Shown here piece by piece: positions 1 through 13,781 of a DNA stretch of 64,000 nucleotides (position 1 is its first letter; every line of letters starts with the position of its first letter). The translations under genes and the position numbers were made by a program. The DNA comes from Eledone cirrhosa (taxonomy: Eukaryota), in the NCBI GenBank assembly GCA_964016885.1, contig OZ024743.1:52700001-52764000 (forward strand). Direction: 5' to 3'. The notes beneath the pieces are model-generated. The model had not been told where the DNA came from and made no database searches. It was given only the letters and a program-made list of their open reading frames with translations.

Positions 1-808
1 TCACCTTGCCAGGATGAAGGATTCTAGAATACCAAAAACAACTCTTTTATGGAGAGTTGGTTAAAGGAAAACGACCGCCACATAAACCAAAAAAAGAGGT
101 ATAAGGATTCCTTGAAAGCCTCTCTGAAAGACGTTAACATCTCTGCTGATACATGGGAAAATATTGCTGCTGATCGTAATAAATGGAGAAAGACTGTATA
201 TGAGGGAAAACTTGCCTTTGAGGCATCTCGAATCGCACACGAGAAAGTAAAGCGGGACGTGAGGAAGGGCATTGCCGTTGCACTTCCAGACGGCGAGGGT
301 CCTCCTATGGTGCTGACATGCAGCGTCTGTGCGAGACTCTGCCTCAGCAAAGCTGAACTCGAAAGTCATCTTCGCAGTCATAAAGTAAGACCAGTGGTTG
401 ACTACCAGGCTGCTGTTGGAGATGCTACTCATCATGCTTGCCAAACATGTGGTAGAGAATGTAAATCAGCAGGCGGGCTCAAGCGACATGCAAAAGTACA
501 CGAACTCCAACCACAGCCGACTATTCGCAGTGAATGTTTTGGTTGCCGACTCTGTGCAAGACATTTTAGATCATTGGCTGGGCTAAAAAGCCACATTCGA
601 TCGCAGCGCTGTTAGTTGCTATCGTGTGTGTGTGTGTGTGTGTAGATATGCTTATGTGTGTGCGTGTGTGTGTATATATATATGTACATGTATATTATTA
701 TTGTTGTTGTCGTTATTATTATTGTTGTTATGATTATTATTATTATTATTGTTATTAATGTATGTGTGTGTATATGTGTGTGTGAGTGTGTGTGTGTGTG
801 TATATGTG

Positions 809-839
<31 letters not shown>

Positions 840-945
840 CTTTTTTTTTTTTTTTCTTTTTATTTATCTATTATTATTATTATTTTTTTTTTTTTCTTTC
901 TCCTCGTGCAATGGCCATACTCGATAACGAGGGGGCAGCCATCAT
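1..945 (+). mobile_element. 3' end of RTE-clade non-LTR retrotransposon: ORF C-terminus with three C2H2 zinc fingers, microsatellite-rich 3'UTR, terminal stem-loop, then (TATG)n
   Basis: ORF to 615 has KRYKDSLKASLK..WE..A.DR.KWR typical of RTE C-termini, then CSVC..H...H, CQTC..H...H and CRLC..H fingers. It ends GCCATACTCGATAACGAGGGGGCAGCCATCAT followed by (GTAT)n. The same end recurs at 23153-23198 (minus) and 54036-54080. Confidence 0.85.
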
Positions 946-1149
946 GTATGTATGTATGTATGTATGTATGTATGTATGTATGTATGTATGTATGTATGTA
1001 TGTATGTATGTATGTGTCTGTATGTATGTATGTATGAGTGTTGTATGTACGTATGTATGTATGAATGTATGTATGTATGTGTGTATGTATGTGTGTATGT
1101 GCGTATATATGTATGTGTGTCTGTCTGTCTGTATGTATGTTTGCATGTA

Positions 1150-4100
1150 TGTTTTCTCTTAATTTCGAGTACATTTTTGACCGGCCACCTTCCTGGGGGT
1201 GGGGGAGGGGTTGCTGTTTTGCTGCGGAAACACCTGGACCTCGTAACACAGACGGTACATCTGGACCCGGAGGGTCGTCTGGTGGTCCTAGACGTTGACG
1301 GTAGTGAAGGTGGAGACTTCAGGCTGGTGGCCGCATATGCCCCATCCGGGACACCGCGGCCAGACTTCTTCAAACGTCTAGAGACTTTTCTGGGAACGTC
1401 CCGCTCCTTGCTTTTAGTGGGGGACTGGAATGGAATTCTAGATGCACGTTGGGACTATGTGGGAGCATGTCCCGATAAAGGGGGGGGGGGGTGTAACAGC
1501 CTCAAACAGATAATCGACCGATTTGACCTGGCCGATAGATATCGACTAGATTTTCCGACTGCGCCACTGTGGACGTGGAGTAATCGTAGCGGAACATCTA
1601 GATAGTACCCAGATATGTTTCTAGTTAGAAATAAGGATAGGGACATGTTAAGCTGTCCACAAATGTTCATGGTTGCCTATTCAGATCACAAACTAGTGAC
1701 CTGCATGGCCAACCTTGATAGAACCCATAGACAAGGACCCGGCTACTGGAAGCTGAACTTGTCGTTACCGACAAGCAAAGCCTACAGTAGACGGATTAGC
1801 ACTTTAGTTAAACAGCACTTGACAGGGGCCATTGTCAACAACAGATGGTGGTACTCACTCAAGAGGGCAGTTAGATTAAACTCGATAGTTTTTAGTAAAG
1901 AATTAGCGTTAGATAGAAATAGAACCGAGAAGGAACTGGTAGATAAAGTAGAAGAGGCAATTAGAAGTGGCAACGTAGCCAGCGTGCTAGCAACGAGAAC
2001 GGCCTTGGACCAGTTCTTCGACGCAAAGCACGAGGGCTGCGTTGTCAGAAGCAAAATACGTGCTCTGGGAAACGAGGGAGCCGAAGCTGTTAGCTGGGCC
2101 CGAGTGACGGAGGCAAAAAGTGGCAACAAGTCCACGATTCGGTCTTTGAAGGACCAAAACGGACGCGTGATACGTGAGCCGAAGCAGATGTGTGCAGCTT
2201 TTCAGCGGCACTTTGCTCGGCTGTTCGGGGGGAGCGGCGCGCCGGGAGAGGCTATGGATTTCGGTCCATACCTCGACGGCCTACCGCGACTCTCGGACAG
2301 CGAGGCAAAGTTCTGCGAAAAGCCTATTTCAGCCACTGAGATAGGGGACGCGCTGAGCCAATGCGGCAAACGCAAATCTCCAGGTCTCGACGGTCTACCC
2401 TACGAATTTTACATAGCAATGCCGGACTTATTCTCCGGTCTCCTGGAAGCGGTCTACTGCAACTGGCAACAGAACGGGAGAATTCCCAGTTCTGTAACCG
2501 GGGGCGTGGTCACACTAATCAGGAAGGACGAGAATAAGGGGGATGACATAGGCAACTTCCGGCCCATAACTCTGCTAAACACAGAGTTACAGATTTTGGC
2601 CAAGGTGTTGGCAAAGAGGCTGGCGCTTGTCGTCGAGAACCTGGTGGGAGAAGCGCAGACATGCGCAATCCCGACCAGGTCCATACACGACAACCTCCAC
2701 CTCATGCGATACATCATAGAGAGGGTAGGGTGTAAACCCGGCATCGGTGGGGCCCTGATCAACTTGGATCAGTCTAAGGCTTTCGATAGGGTTGACCATC
2801 GTTACCTGGATGCGGTGCTCGAGGCGGCAGGCTTCGGACCCGTGTTCAGGGGCTGGATTGCTGCAATGCACAACAGCAACATCTGCTCAAGGGTCAAGGT
2901 GAACGGCTACCTCTCGGAGCCGTTCCATATTACGTGATCCATTCGACAGGGATGCCCTCTCTCCTCCCTTCTGTACGTACTGACTCTCGAGCCACTACTG
3001 CGGAAGCTGGAGCTATTGCAGGGCATCCCCCTGGAACCGGGACTGCGGAAAGCGGCGTCGGCCTACGCCGACGACGTGACAGTAATGGTGTCGAGCGCCT
3101 CGCAAATCGAGGAAGTCGGCACCTTACTGAAGGAATACGAAAGTGTCACAGGAGCGAAGCTGAACCGGGACAAGTCCATCGGTTTGCAACTCGGATCGTG
3201 GAGAGGCAGACCGATGCCTTCCGATGGCGTCGTCGGACGCTGGACGGAAGGACCGGTAAAGCTGCTCGGCGTCTGGTTTGGTCCGGACCTCCAGGTGGAG
3301 AAGAACTGGAACGAAGTGACGGCCAAGGTATTTGCACTCACCCAGAAGTGGGCCGAGTGCAAACTATCCTTGAAAGGTCGAGCGGAGGTGGCGAACACTT
3401 TTATAGCGTCCGCCATCTACTACCGCTTGACCGTCGTGCCTTGTCCAGCCAAAACGCTCGCCAAAATGGAGCGCGCGCTCTTCCGATTCCTTTGGAAGAG
3501 GCGGGCTTCTTTGGTGAGAAGATCCATCTGCTGCCAACACCCTTCTAACGGAGGGCTGGGGATGCCGTGGTTGACGATGCGCAAACACGCGCTCAGGCTG
3601 CGGCATCTCTACGTATTGCTCACCGGACAGCCGGTGTGGGCCCCGTTCGTGAGGTGAGCCTTCGCACGACTCGTCTCGCTGACCGAGCTGCAGTCCTGGG
3701 TCAAGCAAAGACCGAGGAAAATGGGCGACTGGCCCATCGAATGTGCTCAGGCGCTCACAGCCCTCTGACAGGCGGACCCGGCGATCAGTGGAGACTCCAC
3801 TTCGTCATTCTATAGAGGGTTGGTCCGCAGCAAGTGCGACGACGCGCTCGGTGAAACTCTAGGCGTAGAGGAAGATGAACTGGCCAGTCTGTTCGGTAGG
3901 ACCTTCCGCCCGGGACCGATGGACAACTTCCAAAAGTCCCTGGCCTGGCAGTGCTACCGAGGAGCTCTACCAGTTCGAGACAAGCTCTACAGACATGGGC
4001 GCCCGGGCAGGGGCCCTGCAAAGAAGATCTGTCCGAGGTGCGTGCGAGACGAAGAAACCGTCGCGCACGCATTCATACACTGCCCGGGCGTCACTGACCT

Positions 4101-4700
4101 GTGGGGTTGTAGAACGACTATTGTCGCGGGTAGGACCAATCCAGTTGACCACCGAGTCCATTGTCATGATCAAACCGCCACCCTCCTTCAAAAACGAAGG
4201 AGAGGCGGTTTTCCTTTGTGTGATAGCTATGGCGAAAGAGGTTGTATGGTGGACAAGGTTGAAAGGGCTGAGGTCAGACACCTTTCTCTCCGGCCAACAA
4301 CTGATTCTTTTTTTCAAATACCACTTTGGAAGAAGAATCAGGATGGAGAGAGAGGTGCTGTACCCCAGCAAGTTTTATGAAAGGTGGGTGAAAGTGGCGA
4401 GAATGGCCCGAGTGAATGGGCCTTCTCTCTATATCAGCCTGTAGGTTGAGGAAAAGGAGGTGGAGAGGAAAGGAGTACAAACTCTTCGTACTCCTGGAGA
4501 TGAGGGTTGCACATTTTTTTCGGGGGTATGTGTTACCCATATAAACTGTCTCCCTCTATTGGGGAAAATCGACTAACTTTTTAAATTCCATTTGTGATAA
4601 CATTTTACACGTTTTTATTGTATGTAAACTTCCCCCTTTGTATTTGTCCCCCTTTTTTGTGCCCCTATGGCTAATAAAGAAATATATCTATCTATCTATC
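1150..4700 (+). mobile_element. 5'-truncated Tx1/L1-clade LINE, ORF2 pseudogene (APE endonuclease, RT, C-terminal zinc knuckle)
   Basis: Motifs GVAVLL, GDWN, SDH, GPGYWKLN, KSPGLDG, FRPITLLN, DQSKAFDRV, RQGCPLS, YADD, GGLG, CPRC..ET..H...C. Stops at about 1605, 2937, 3657 and 3769, and a frameshift near 4108. AATAAAGAAAT then (ATCT)n tail. Confidence 0.93.
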
Positions 4701-4733
4701 TGTCTATCTGCCTCTCTCTCTCTCTTACCCCCT

Positions 4734-4864
<131 letters not shown>

Positions 4865-4898
4865 AATAATGGAGCTGCGGCGTTGCAAATGGGATACA

Positions 4899-5001
4899 TA
4901 TGAAAAAGTGAGTCCTTCATCAGTGACCCTCCAACCGTCCCAAAGCGATGAAATGCCTGGGACGGTTGGAGGGTCACTGATGAAGGACTCACTTTTTCAT
5001 A
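4899..5001. repeat. Perfect 44-bp-arm fold-back fragment containing a hammerhead 5' half (CTGATGA-AGGAC)
   Basis: 4899-4942 is the reverse complement of 4958-5001, with a 15-nt spacer. A related single copy lies at about 28647-28740 (minus). Confidence 0.8.
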
Positions 5002-5158
5002 CATATATATATATACATGTATATATATACAAATACACATTTATTTATAAGGTAAAACAAATCTAAGTGAACAGAGAAAGGGGAACATCAGGGAGTGTTC
5101 TTTAAAATTGTACATACATACATATAAATACACACACACAAACACACACGTGTGTGTA

Positions 5159-5215
<57 letters not shown>

Positions 5216-5348
5216 GTGTATTCATGTATAGACGAATCAAGCACCATATCAACAACAGAAGCATGATTGCAGTGGAAAAGGTCAAAGATTTGTAATTGTT
5301 TGTCAAACACACTTTGAAATATCAGTCGTATTTTGAAAACGTGACACA

Positions 5349-5390
<42 letters not shown>

Positions 5391-5717
5391 CACACACGCA
5401 CACACACATAAAAACACACACACACACACATACACACACATATACACATATATATATGGATACATACATATACACATATATATATATATATATATGTATT
5501 TGTATACACAAATATATCCACAAATAAACGCACATATACACAAAGACAACATACACAGATATATATAATTTGGGGATGTATTTGTGTGTATAAACACACA
5601 CATACACATACACACACACGCACACACAGTCACGCTCACTCACGTCCATACAGAGAGAAAAACCAATATAAACCAAATAAAATGGCGGCTATGAGAAAGC
5701 TGCGTTGGGAGTGGAGA

Positions 5718-6217
5718 ATGACAGTTGTGTGTATGTTGTGAGGTAGCACTGACATCTGTGTATGTTGTGAGGTAGCACTGACATCTGTGTGTGTTGTGAG
5801 GTAGCACTGACATCTGTGTGTGTTGTGAGGTACCACTGACAACTGTGTGTATGTTGTGAGGTATCACTGGCATCTGGGTATGTTGTGAGGTATCATTGAC
5901 ATCTGTGTGTATGTTGTGAGGTACCACTGACATCTGTGTATGTTGTTAGGTACCACTGATATCTGTGTGTGTTGTGAGGTACACTGACATCTGTGTGTGT
6001 TATGAGGTACCACTGACATCTGTGTGTGTGTTGTGAGGTACCACTGACAATTGTGTGTGTGTTGTGAGGTACCACTGACAACTGTGTGTGTGTTGTGAGG
6101 TACCACTGACAACTGTGTGTGTGTGTTGTGAGGTACCACTGACAACTGTGTGTGTGTTGTGAGGTATCACTGACAACTGTGTGTGTTGTGAGGTACCACT
6201 GACAACTGTGTGTGTTG
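5718..6217. repeat. ~29-35-bp minisatellite (GTTGTGAGGTACCACTGACA+(TG)n)
   Basis: Visible tandem units with variable TG tracts. Confidence 0.9.
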
Positions 6218-6269
6218 TAAAGTAGCTTTGTAGCCTCTGCTGACCTCTTTCTGAGTATCTTGTGATAAA

Positions 6270-9200
6270 TATAAAGTTGCTCTCGGGTGTTTGTTGACAG
6301 TGACCAGGCGATGGTATAAAGTTGCTCTCGGGTGTTTGTTGACAGTGACCAGGCGATGGTATAAAGTTGCTCTCGGGTGTTTGTTGACAGTGACCAGGCG
6401 ATGGTATAAAGTTGCTCTCGGGTGTTTGTTGACAGTGACCAGGCGATGGTATAAAGTTGCTCTCGGGTGTTTGTTGACAGTGACCAGGGGATGGTATAAA
6501 GTTGCTCTCGGGTGTTTGTTGACAGTGACCAGGGAATGGTATAAAGTTGCTCTCGGGTGTTTGTTGACAGTGACCAGGCGATGGTATAAAGTTACTCTCG
6601 GGTGTTTGTTGACAGTGACCAGAAATGGTATAAAGTTGCTCTCGGGTGTTTGTTGACAGTGACCAGGGAATGGTATAAAGTTGCTCTCGGGTGTTTGTTG
6701 ACAGTGACCAGGGAATGGTATAAAGTTGCTCTCGGGTGTTTGTTGACAGTGACCAGGCGATGGTATAAAGTTTCTCTCGGGTGTTTGTTGACAGTGACCA
6801 GGGAATGGTATAAAGTTGCTCTCGGGTGTTTGTTGACAGTGACCAGGCGATGGTATAATGTTACTCTCGGGTGTTTGTTGACAGTGACCAGGGAATGGTA
6901 TAAAGTTGCTCTCGGGTGTTTGTTGACAGTGACCAGGCGATGGTATAAAGTTGCTCTCGGGTGTTTGTTGACAGTGACCAGGCGATGGTATAAAGTTGCT
7001 CTCGGGTGTTTGTTGACAGTGACCAGGCGATGGTATAAAGTTGCTCTCGGGTGTTTGTTGACAGTGACCAGGCGATGGTATAAAGTTGCTCTCGGGTGTT
7101 TGTTGACAGTGACCAGGCGATGGTATAAAGTTGCTCTCGGGTGTTTGTTGACAGTGACCAGGGAATGGTATAAAGTTGCTCTCGGGTGTTTGTTGACAGT
7201 GACCAGGCGATGGTATAAAGTTGCTCTCGGGTGTTTGTTGACAGTGACCAGGCCATGGTATAAAGTTGCTCTCGGGTGTTTGTTGACAGTGACCAGGGAA
7301 TGGTATAAAGTTGCTCTCGGGTGTTTGTTGACAGTGACCAGGCGATGGTATAAAGTTGCTCTCGGGTGTTTGTTGACAGTGACCAGGCGATGGTATAAAG
7401 TTGCTCTCGGGTGTTTGTTGACAGTGACCAGGGAATGGTATAAATTTGCTCTCGGGTGTTTGTTGACAGTGACCAGGCGATGGTATAAAGTTGCTCTCGG
7501 GTGTTTGTTGACAGTGACCAGACGATGGTATAAAGTTGTCTCGGGTGTTTGTTGACAGTGACCAGGGAATGGTATAAAGTTGCTCTCGGGTGTTTGTTGA
7601 CAGTGACCAGGCGATGGTATAAAGTTGCTCCGGGTGTTTGTTGACAGTGACCAGACGATGGTATAAAGTTCCTCTCGGGTGTTTGTTGACAGTGACCAGA
7701 CGATGGTAGAAAGTTGCTCTCGGGTGTTTGTTGACAGTGACCAGGCGATGGTATAAAGTTGCTCTCGGGTGTTTGTTGACAGTGACCAGACGATGGTATA
7801 AAGTTCCTCTCGGGTGTTTGTTGACAGTGACCAGGGAATGGTATAAAGTTGCTCTCGGGTGTTTGTTGACAGTGACCAGGCGATGGTATAAAGTTGCTCT
7901 CGGGTGTTTGTTGACAGTGACCAGGCGATGGTATAAAGTTGCTCTCGGGTGTTTGTTGACAGTGACCAGGGAATGGTATAAAGTTGCTCTCGGGTGTTTG
8001 TTGACAGTGACCAGGCGATGGTATAAAGTTGCTCTCGGGTGTTTGTTGACAGTGACCAGGCGATGGTATAAAGTTCCTCTCGGATGTTTGTTGACAGTGA
8101 CCAGGCGATGGTATAAAGTTGCTCTCGGGTGTTTGTTGACAGTGACCAGGCGATGGTATAAAGTTCCTCTCGGATGTTTGTTTACAGTGACCAGGCGATG
8201 GTATAAAGTTCCTCTCGGGTGTTTGTTGACAGTGACCAGGCGATGGTATAAAGTTGCTCTCGGGTGTTTGTTGACAGTGACCAGGCGATGGTATAAAGTT
8301 GCTCTCGGGTGTTTGTTGACAGTGACCAGGGAATGGTATAAAGTTCCTCTCGGATGTTTGTTTACAGTGACCAGGCGATGGTATAAAGTTCCTCTCGGGT
8401 GTTTGTTGACAGTGACCAGGCGATGGTATAAAGTTGCTCTCGGGTGTTTGTTGACAGTGACCAGGCGATGGTATAAAGTTGCTCTCGGGTGTTTGTTGAC
8501 AGTGACCAGGCGATGGTATAAAGTTGCTCTCGGGTGTTTGTTGACAGTGACCAGGCGATGGTATAAAGTTGCTCTCGGGTGTTTGTTGACAGTGACCAGG
8601 GAATGGTATAAAGTTCCTCTCGGATGTTTGTTTACAGTGACCAGGCGATGGTATAAAGTTGCTCTCGGGTGTTTGTTGACAGTGACCAGGCGATGGTATA
8701 AAGTTGCTCTCGGGTGTTTGTTGACAGTGACCAGGCGATGGTATAAAGTTGCTCTCGGGTGTTTGTTGACAGTGACCAGGGAATGGTATAAAGTTGCTCT
8801 CGGGTGTTTGTTGACAGTGACCAGGCGATGGTATAAAGTTCATCTCGGGTGTTTGTTGACAGTGACCAGGCGATGGTATAAAGTTCCTCTCGGATGTTTG
8901 TTTACAGTGACCAGGCGATGGTATAAAGTTGCTCCCGGATGTTTGTTTACAGTGACCAGGCGATGGTATAAAGTTGCTCTCGGGTGTTTGTTGACAGTGA
9001 CCAGGCGATGGTATAAAGTTGCTCTCGGGTGTTTGTTGACAGTGACCAGGGAATGGTATAAAGTTGCTCTCGGGTGTTTGTTGACAGTGACCAGGCGATG
9101 GTATAAAGTTCCTCTCGGATGTTTGTTGACAGTGACCAGGCGATGGTATAAAGTTCCTCTCGGATGTTTGTTTACAGTGACCAGGCGATGGTATAAAGTT

Positions 9201-9909
9201 GCTCTCGGATGTTTGTTTACAGTGACCAGGCGATGGTATAAAGTTGCTCTCGGGTGTTTGTTGACAGTGACCAGGCGATGGTATAAAGTTGCTCTCGGGT
9301 GTTTGTTGACAGTGACCAGGGAATGGTATAAAGTTGCTCTCGGGTGTTTGTTGACAGTGACCAGGCGATGGTATAAAGTTCCTCTCGGATGTTTGTTGAC
9401 AGTGACCAGGCGATGGTATAAAGTTCCTCTCGGATGTTTGTTTACAGTGACCAGGCGATGGTATAAAGTTGCTCTCGGATGTTTGTTTACAGTGACCAGG
9501 CGATGGTATAAAGTTGCTCTCGGGTGTTTGTTGACAGTGACCAGGCGATGGTATAAAGTTGCTCTCGGGTGTTTGTTGACAGTGACCAGGGAATGGTATA
9601 AAGTTGCTCTCGGGTGTTTGTTGACAGTGACCAGGCGATGGTATAAAGTTCCTCTCGGATGTTTGTTGACAGTGACCAGGCGATGGTATAAAGTTCCTCT
9701 CGGATGTTTGTTGACAGTGACCAGGCGATGGTATAAAGTTCATCTCGGGTGTTTGTTGACAGTGACCAGGCGATGGTATAAAGTTCATCTCGGGTGTTTG
9801 TTTACAGTGACCAGGCGATGGTATAAAGTTGCTCTCGGATGTTTGTTTACAGTGACCAGGCGATGGTATAAAGTTGCTTTCGGGTGTTTGTTGACAGTGA
9901 CCAGGCGAT
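6270..9909. repeat. 45-bp tandem satellite (~80 units) with a local 270-bp six-mer higher-order repeat
   Basis: Unit GTATAAAGTTGCTCTCGGGTGTTTGTTGACAGTGACCAGGCGATG. The variant pattern recurs at 9121, 9391 and 9661. Confidence 0.97.
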
Positions 9910-10229
9910 TGCAAGCTCTCGACGTGATGGTAGTTATTCTACGCCACAGTTTGCACATTTTTTCACACTAGTGACAAGTTTTGGAAATGAAAAAGATTCG
10001 TGACACATTTATTAAGTTTTATTAGTGACACGAAATTAACGAAATAAATAAATATGCCATATCACGTTACATCAGTCACGTGTCTATTGTACACAGAATT
10101 CACAAATCTAAAACTCACTTCATAGTCAATTATTGGTAAAAACATATTTCAAGGATTGTAGAAGATTAAGAATTTTAAGCTTATACATTTTTCAGATTAT
10201 AGAAATGTTTTAGTCCGTGTATACAACAA

Positions 10230-10384
10230 GGCGGCGAATTGGCAGAGTCGTTAGAACGTCGGATAGAATGCTCTCTGGTATTCGTTCCGGCTTTCTGCTC
10301 TCTGAGTTCAAATCCCGCCGAGGTCAACTTTGTCTTTCATTCTTTGGAGGTCGATAAAAAGTTCCAGTCTAGTACTGGAGTCAA
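10230..10384 (+). mobile_element. tRNA-derived SINE (octopod-type family A)
   Basis: A-box-like TGGCAGAGTCG and B-box GAGTTCAAATCC. Body GCCGAGGTCAACTTTG..TTTCAT..GGTCGATAAAA is shared with six other copies in the window. Confidence 0.8.
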
Positions 10385-10791
10385 TTCCTCCTCTATATTT
10401 CTTTCTTATTTCCTCTCTCTCACTTTCTATGTTTTTCTGGAAGAAACCTGCTGTACTCAGGAGAGGAATGGGCTCCGCCAGGCTTAAAATGCCCAAGAAA
10501 TGCTGTATGTCACTACGGCGCTCCTATGAATCTATCAAGAGTTACGAAGAATATACAACAAACCAAGGGAATTACAGGGTGTCATCCAAATCTTTCATGA
10601 TCCTGAAATACACATGTCTGGCCTGTTATAGGTTCATGACAGGTTTGGGATTGAAACTGGATAGACATCCCTCGTCACCCAATAATTCATAAGGGACAGG
10701 AATAACTATTTGGCGTATATAATTAACCAAGGCAGTCAGAGAGACGTTTAATGGTGTTGGGACACACATTGGGGAATGTGTTACCCTAGAG

Positions 10792-11105
10792 CAGAGGTTC
10801 TGAAAGTGGGCGCTTCCCCCGGCGTAGAGAAGGTCCAGGGGTCACTAGGGTCTAATGGAGCGGTGGGGGTGGTAGAGATGATATATTGAATATCAAATGA
10901 TACATATATATAAATATAGTAAAATAAAAAATGTATATTAATTTATACATAGTATATATTATATATTATATATAAATTAACGACTTTATTATATATTCAC
11001 AATTTACGTGTAGGCAGGTCTCTCTAGAAATGGGAGGTGGGGTGACCAAAAGAGGGTGGGGTGACCAAGAGAGGGGGGGGGGGTCAACAGGTTAGAGAAC
11101 CTCTA
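10792..11105. mobile_element. hAT (Charlie-like) MITE
   Basis: TIRs CAGAGGTTCT / AGAACCTCTA. 8-bp flanking duplication CCCTAGAG (10784-10791) and CCCAAGAG (11106-11113). Confidence 0.75.
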
Positions 11106-11382
11106 CCCAAGAGGATGGTGAGGAAGATGTGCTGAAAGAGTGAGTCCATCTCACGGAGACTCGATTTTGTGAACTCATGGGACTCGTTCTTATGGGTGGC
11201 CAGCTCCAGCCCAATCCAAACAAAATAGGGAAATGGTACGTGAACCCAGGAAACCGGATAATCTTATCTTTCTAGATTCTATTAAATTAACTTAGAAGTC
11301 TAAAATCTCTCTCATGGACATTGCTGTTGGGTTAATTCCCCCCAAAATAACAACCGACTAGACCCCTTAAAATAAGAAACAC

Positions 11383-11608
11383 GTGTGTGTGTGACAGCTC
11401 ACACCTTATGCAGGTTTAGCTGGCCTCCTCCAAGGTATATCTCGTTGGAGGTGTCTTGGGTAATTTAATGATAAGGAGACTCGAGTCCTATCATCTCATT
11501 TCAACAGCTGAGTAAACTGGAGCAGCGTGAAATAAAGTGTTTTGCTCAAGGAAACAACACATCACCGAGAATTGAACTCACAACCTTTCGAAGCCATGCG
11601 CCTTCACT
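11383..11608 (-). mobile_element. tRNA-derived SINE family B copy
   Basis: Reverse complement of 20765-20925 (ACACTTTATTTCA..CTCCAGTTTACTCAGCTG..CCTCCAACGAG..GGAGGCCAGCTAAACCTGCATA). Confidence 0.65.
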
Positions 11609-11649
11609 TCAAATTTCAGCTTATGTCAAATTTTTAAAGAGAAATATGT

Positions 11650-11905
11650 ATTGGATCAACGATGAGTGATCCAGAGCAGCCTGCTCGTGAAATTAATGTG
11701 TAAATGAGGGAGCATTATACAGACACGTGTACCTTTAACGGAGTTATAGAGACTCAGTATGACACAATGTAATGAATTACAACTGGATGGACTAGAATAA
11801 CATGAAATAAGTCACTTATTCACGGACATTACGCACCACCAGGAATCGATCTCACGACCACACGATTACAAGCCGAGACAGCTAACCATCAAGCCACGAG
11901 TCTTC
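11650..11905. repeat. Degenerate interspersed repeat (CAGCCTGCTCGTGAAATTAA..ACAGACACGTGTACC), with related pieces at 14220-14470
   Basis: Shared CCACAGACACGTGT core in several copies. Resembles an abundant octopod repeat. Confidence 0.5.
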
Positions 11906-12067
11906 TCACAGAAATCTCTATAAACAAGGTTAGAAATAAGGTTAAGGGTAGAGGAGAATGTTTATCTTCCAGATTCTAATGTTTTCTCCCGATTAATAAC
12001 AAAGACGTATTAACTGAAGTAAACAGCACATGATGGAAGACAGAAGTAAAGAAAGTTCGCAATACGT

Positions 12068-12232
12068 CATTGTTGTTGTTGTTGTTGTTATTGTTGTTGT
12101 TATTGTTGTTGTTGGTAGTGGTGTTGCTGTTGTCGTTGTTGTTGTTGTTATTGTTGTTGTTGTTGTTGTTGTTGTTGGTAGTGGTGTTGCTGTTGTCGTT
12201 GTTGTTGTTGTTATTGTTGTTGTTGTTGTTGT
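12068..12232. repeat. (GTT)n microsatellite with internal duplication
   Basis: Seen directly. Confidence 0.9.
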
Positions 12233-12289
12233 CAACTGACTTAACATTTAACAATATTTTCTGACTGTTTAGAAAGTGAAGGAAGGTTG

Positions 12290-12720
12290 AAGGTGTGTGG
12301 CTTAGTGGCCTGAGGTGAGGAGGGCTCGCGATCGTATGATCGTAATTTCAATTCTCGTTGTGTCCTTCATCAAGACACTTTAATTCACCTTCCTCCAGTA
12401 CAATCAGCTGGCAAAGATGCATACCACCAGCAACAACAGCAACAGCAACAGCAACAGCAACAACAGTAGCAACAGTTGAGAGTTAATCCTGCGAATGACC
12501 GGCTACTCTTCCAGGGGTGAGTGGTTCATTAGCCTGCGACAACACTGGGTCCAAGCTGTATCGGCTTTTGCCTTTGGACAACATCGGTGTCGTGGGGAGG
12601 GGAAGATTGTAAGCTTGGGCAACTTGTCATCTTCCACAAAACACCTTTCACAGACTTGCACCTTGGAGAGGAACTTTCTGTGTGCAAACCCATGGTCTGT
12701 TATGATCAAAGAGGGTATTT
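12290..12720 (+). mobile_element. Degenerate tRNA-derived SINE interrupted by (CAA/CAG)n
   Basis: Head GTGTGGCTTAGTGG, core GTTGTGTCCTT..CAAGACACTTTA..CTCCAGT..CAGCTGGCAAA. Confidence 0.55.
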
Positions 12721-13728
12721 AAGAATGAAGGAAGAGCTATGCCTATGATCCTCTTCAAGAACTCCTCGACCAGGGGGCACGAGGGAGGGATATAGACTTA
12801 AAACAAAGTCTTATCTGGTCTGAATGTTTGCAATAGTGTGGATTGCACTAAATACACTCAACTATAAATAACAGAAAGAGTAGGAATATTAGTTATTCCC
12901 CCACACTACCGTAAAATAACGGGTTTTGTACTACTATGAACATAATTACTACCAATTAACATCCCTAACAGCAACAAAAAAGGATAATTAGGTTTATAAA
13001 TGTTAAATATAGGAAGTTCAACATTATTATGTCCAGTGCCCTTCCTAGTATTAGTTACCCTTTAATGTTTCTGTCACAATATAGATCCCAAAATAACCCC
13101 CTTCCCCCTTCTACACCCTACCCATTACACCCCCTCCCCTTCATCCAACCAATTTTATTACTGGATTACTTTGGGGGATAAAATTCGGTAACAAATTATA
13201 CATGTACACACACACAACTCCACACACACACACAACTCCACACACACACACAACTCCACACACACACACAACTTCAAACACACAAACGTACACTAGCTTC
13301 TAACCCCCCTCTCTCTCTCACACACACACATACATATATACATATATACATATATATAATCACAGACATACATATGATTTTGAAACACACACACACATGC
13401 GCAAACACACACACGCACGCACAAACAAACACACACACACACGCGCACAAACACACACACACACGCGCACACACATATATATATATATATGCAATCACAG
13501 GGACATGCATATGATTTCAAACACACACACACTCACTCTCAAGGAATGATACATCTAGGTACCTCGGTACACTTAACCAGTTTTCTAAGGACACCAGGTA
13601 GAGAACAGGTATGGATTCCCTAGGGTAAATGAACCTATAGCTCCTTCAGACCTCATTCCATTTAGTGTCTGTGTGTTGTGTGCACATATATATCATGCAT
13701 ATATATATAGAGAGAGGGATGTGTGCGT

Positions 13729-13781
<53 letters not shown>

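Noticed and set aside
5232-5291. Possible small exon (RIKHHINNRSMIAVEKVKDL)
   Set aside because: AG/GT bounded and open, but the acceptor is weak and I recognise no homology. Needs RNA-seq.
6291-9971. ORFs of 747 and 1017 aa
   Set aside because: Translations of a 45-bp satellite, open on both strands, with frameshifts and no unique domain.
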